Assembly: GCA_964512925.1 (NCBI GenBank)
Contig: CAZEKH010000004.1
Span: 72,392-136,391, forward strand
Origin: an uncultured Candidatus Saccharibacteria bacterium
GTDB taxonomy: Bacteria > Patescibacteriota > Doudnabacteria > UBA920
Length of the DNA stretch: 64,000 nucleotides
Reading direction: 5' to 3'
Made by a program: the position numbers and the translations under genes. Below, piece after piece: positions 63,748 to 64,000 of the stretch (positions are counted from its first letter, which is position 1; each line of letters opens with the position of its first letter). The notes below the pieces were generated by a model. That model was not told where the DNA came from. It did no database searches and saw only the letters and a list, made by a program, of their open reading frames with translations.

Positions 63748-63771
63748 TACCCTCTCCTCGCCAGGAGAGGG
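63748..63771. repeat. Intergenic copy of the palindromic element ACCCTCTCC-TCGCCA-GGAGAGGGT
   Basis: Perfect 9-bp stem with a 6-nt loop. Confidence 0.65.
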
Positions 63772-63783
63772 TAAAAATTAAAG

Positions 63784-64000
63784 TTATATCTGGGTTAAGT
63801 CTATGGTTTGGTCTATGCGGATTTGGGAGACAAAATCCGGAATATGGGAAACCATAAGAAATGCGCCTTCGTAGGAGTCTAAAGCCTTAGCTATGACAGG
63901 CAAGTGGCGGAAGTTAATGTGGTTAGTGGGTTCGTCTAAAATCAAAAGTCCCGGTTTCATAAGTACCAGCCTGCAAAAAGCCAAAAGGCCTTTTTGACCT
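63784..64000 (-). CDS. ABC transporter ATP-binding protein, 3' part (the 5' end lies beyond the window)
   Basis: Walker B LILDEPTNHI. Confidence 0.6.
   Translation of the reverse strand, partial: GQKGLLAFCRLVLMKPGLLILDEPTNHINFRHLPVIAKALDSYEGAFLMVSHIPDFVSQIRIDQTIDLTQI

Noticed and set aside
1-64000. Alternative genetic code (UGA or UAG recoding, as in some candidate phyla)
   Set aside because: Long ORFs (848, 788 and 653 aa) are intact under the standard code, sampled stops are TAA or TAG, and an RF2 gene is present. There is no sign of in-frame stop codons needing reassignment.

Overview
This 64 kb window is an AT-rich, densely packed stretch of bacterial chromosome (roughly 40% GC by eye, about 70 genes, short intergenic regions). 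The genetic code is standard: long ORFs are intact, RF2 is encoded, and every stop I checked is TAA or TAG. Almost all content is housekeeping.

Genes present include clpC, recX, htpX, lemA, secA, gatCAB, miaA, holB, frr, rseP, proS, mreBCD with mrdA (PBP2) but no rodA, secE and nusG. Also rplK, rplA, dcd, dut, tmk, a fused double ThyX, prfB, ftsEX, rplI, pyrG, rpmA and a cysteine desulfurase. Also gltX, a tagA-like gene, def, fmt, mltG, yjbQ, hup, queA, rarA and doxX. The gene content is compatible with a small-genome, Patescibacteria/CPR-like or similar Gram-positive-type lineage. This is an inference from the absence of rodA, several split classical operons, thyX, and many small membrane proteins.

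Two things do not look ordinary.

1. A four-gene minus-strand operon at 47842-51561. It encodes an EnvC-like coiled-coil M23 peptidase, then two paralogues that share a near-identical signal peptide plus two-helix membrane hairpin (TrbC/VirB2-pilin-like). The paralogues carry different peptidoglycan-hydrolase C-termini, one GH73/FlgJ-like glycosidase and one M15 zinc peptidase. A small membrane protein lies between them. A roughly 450 bp direct DNA repeat marks the duplication.

2. A family of GC-rich palindromic elements with core CCCTCTCC-N5-6-GGAGAGGG, sometimes followed by TGGGGTGAGG. They occur intergenically at 42213-42330 (as an inverted pair) and at 63748-63771. As 19-nt hairpins they sit in front of rplK and fmt. 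Related GC-rich in-frame hairpin insertions sit inside gatB (a C-for-T variant of the core), the tagA-like gene and rarA, plus a CCTCCTT/AAGGAGG hairpin in queA, in the manner of Rickettsia RPEs.

Two small GC-rich orphan ORFs with strong SD sequences also stand out: 1317-1631 and 14781-14993, the latter with its SD buried in a hairpin. No tRNA, rRNA or CRISPR array was seen.
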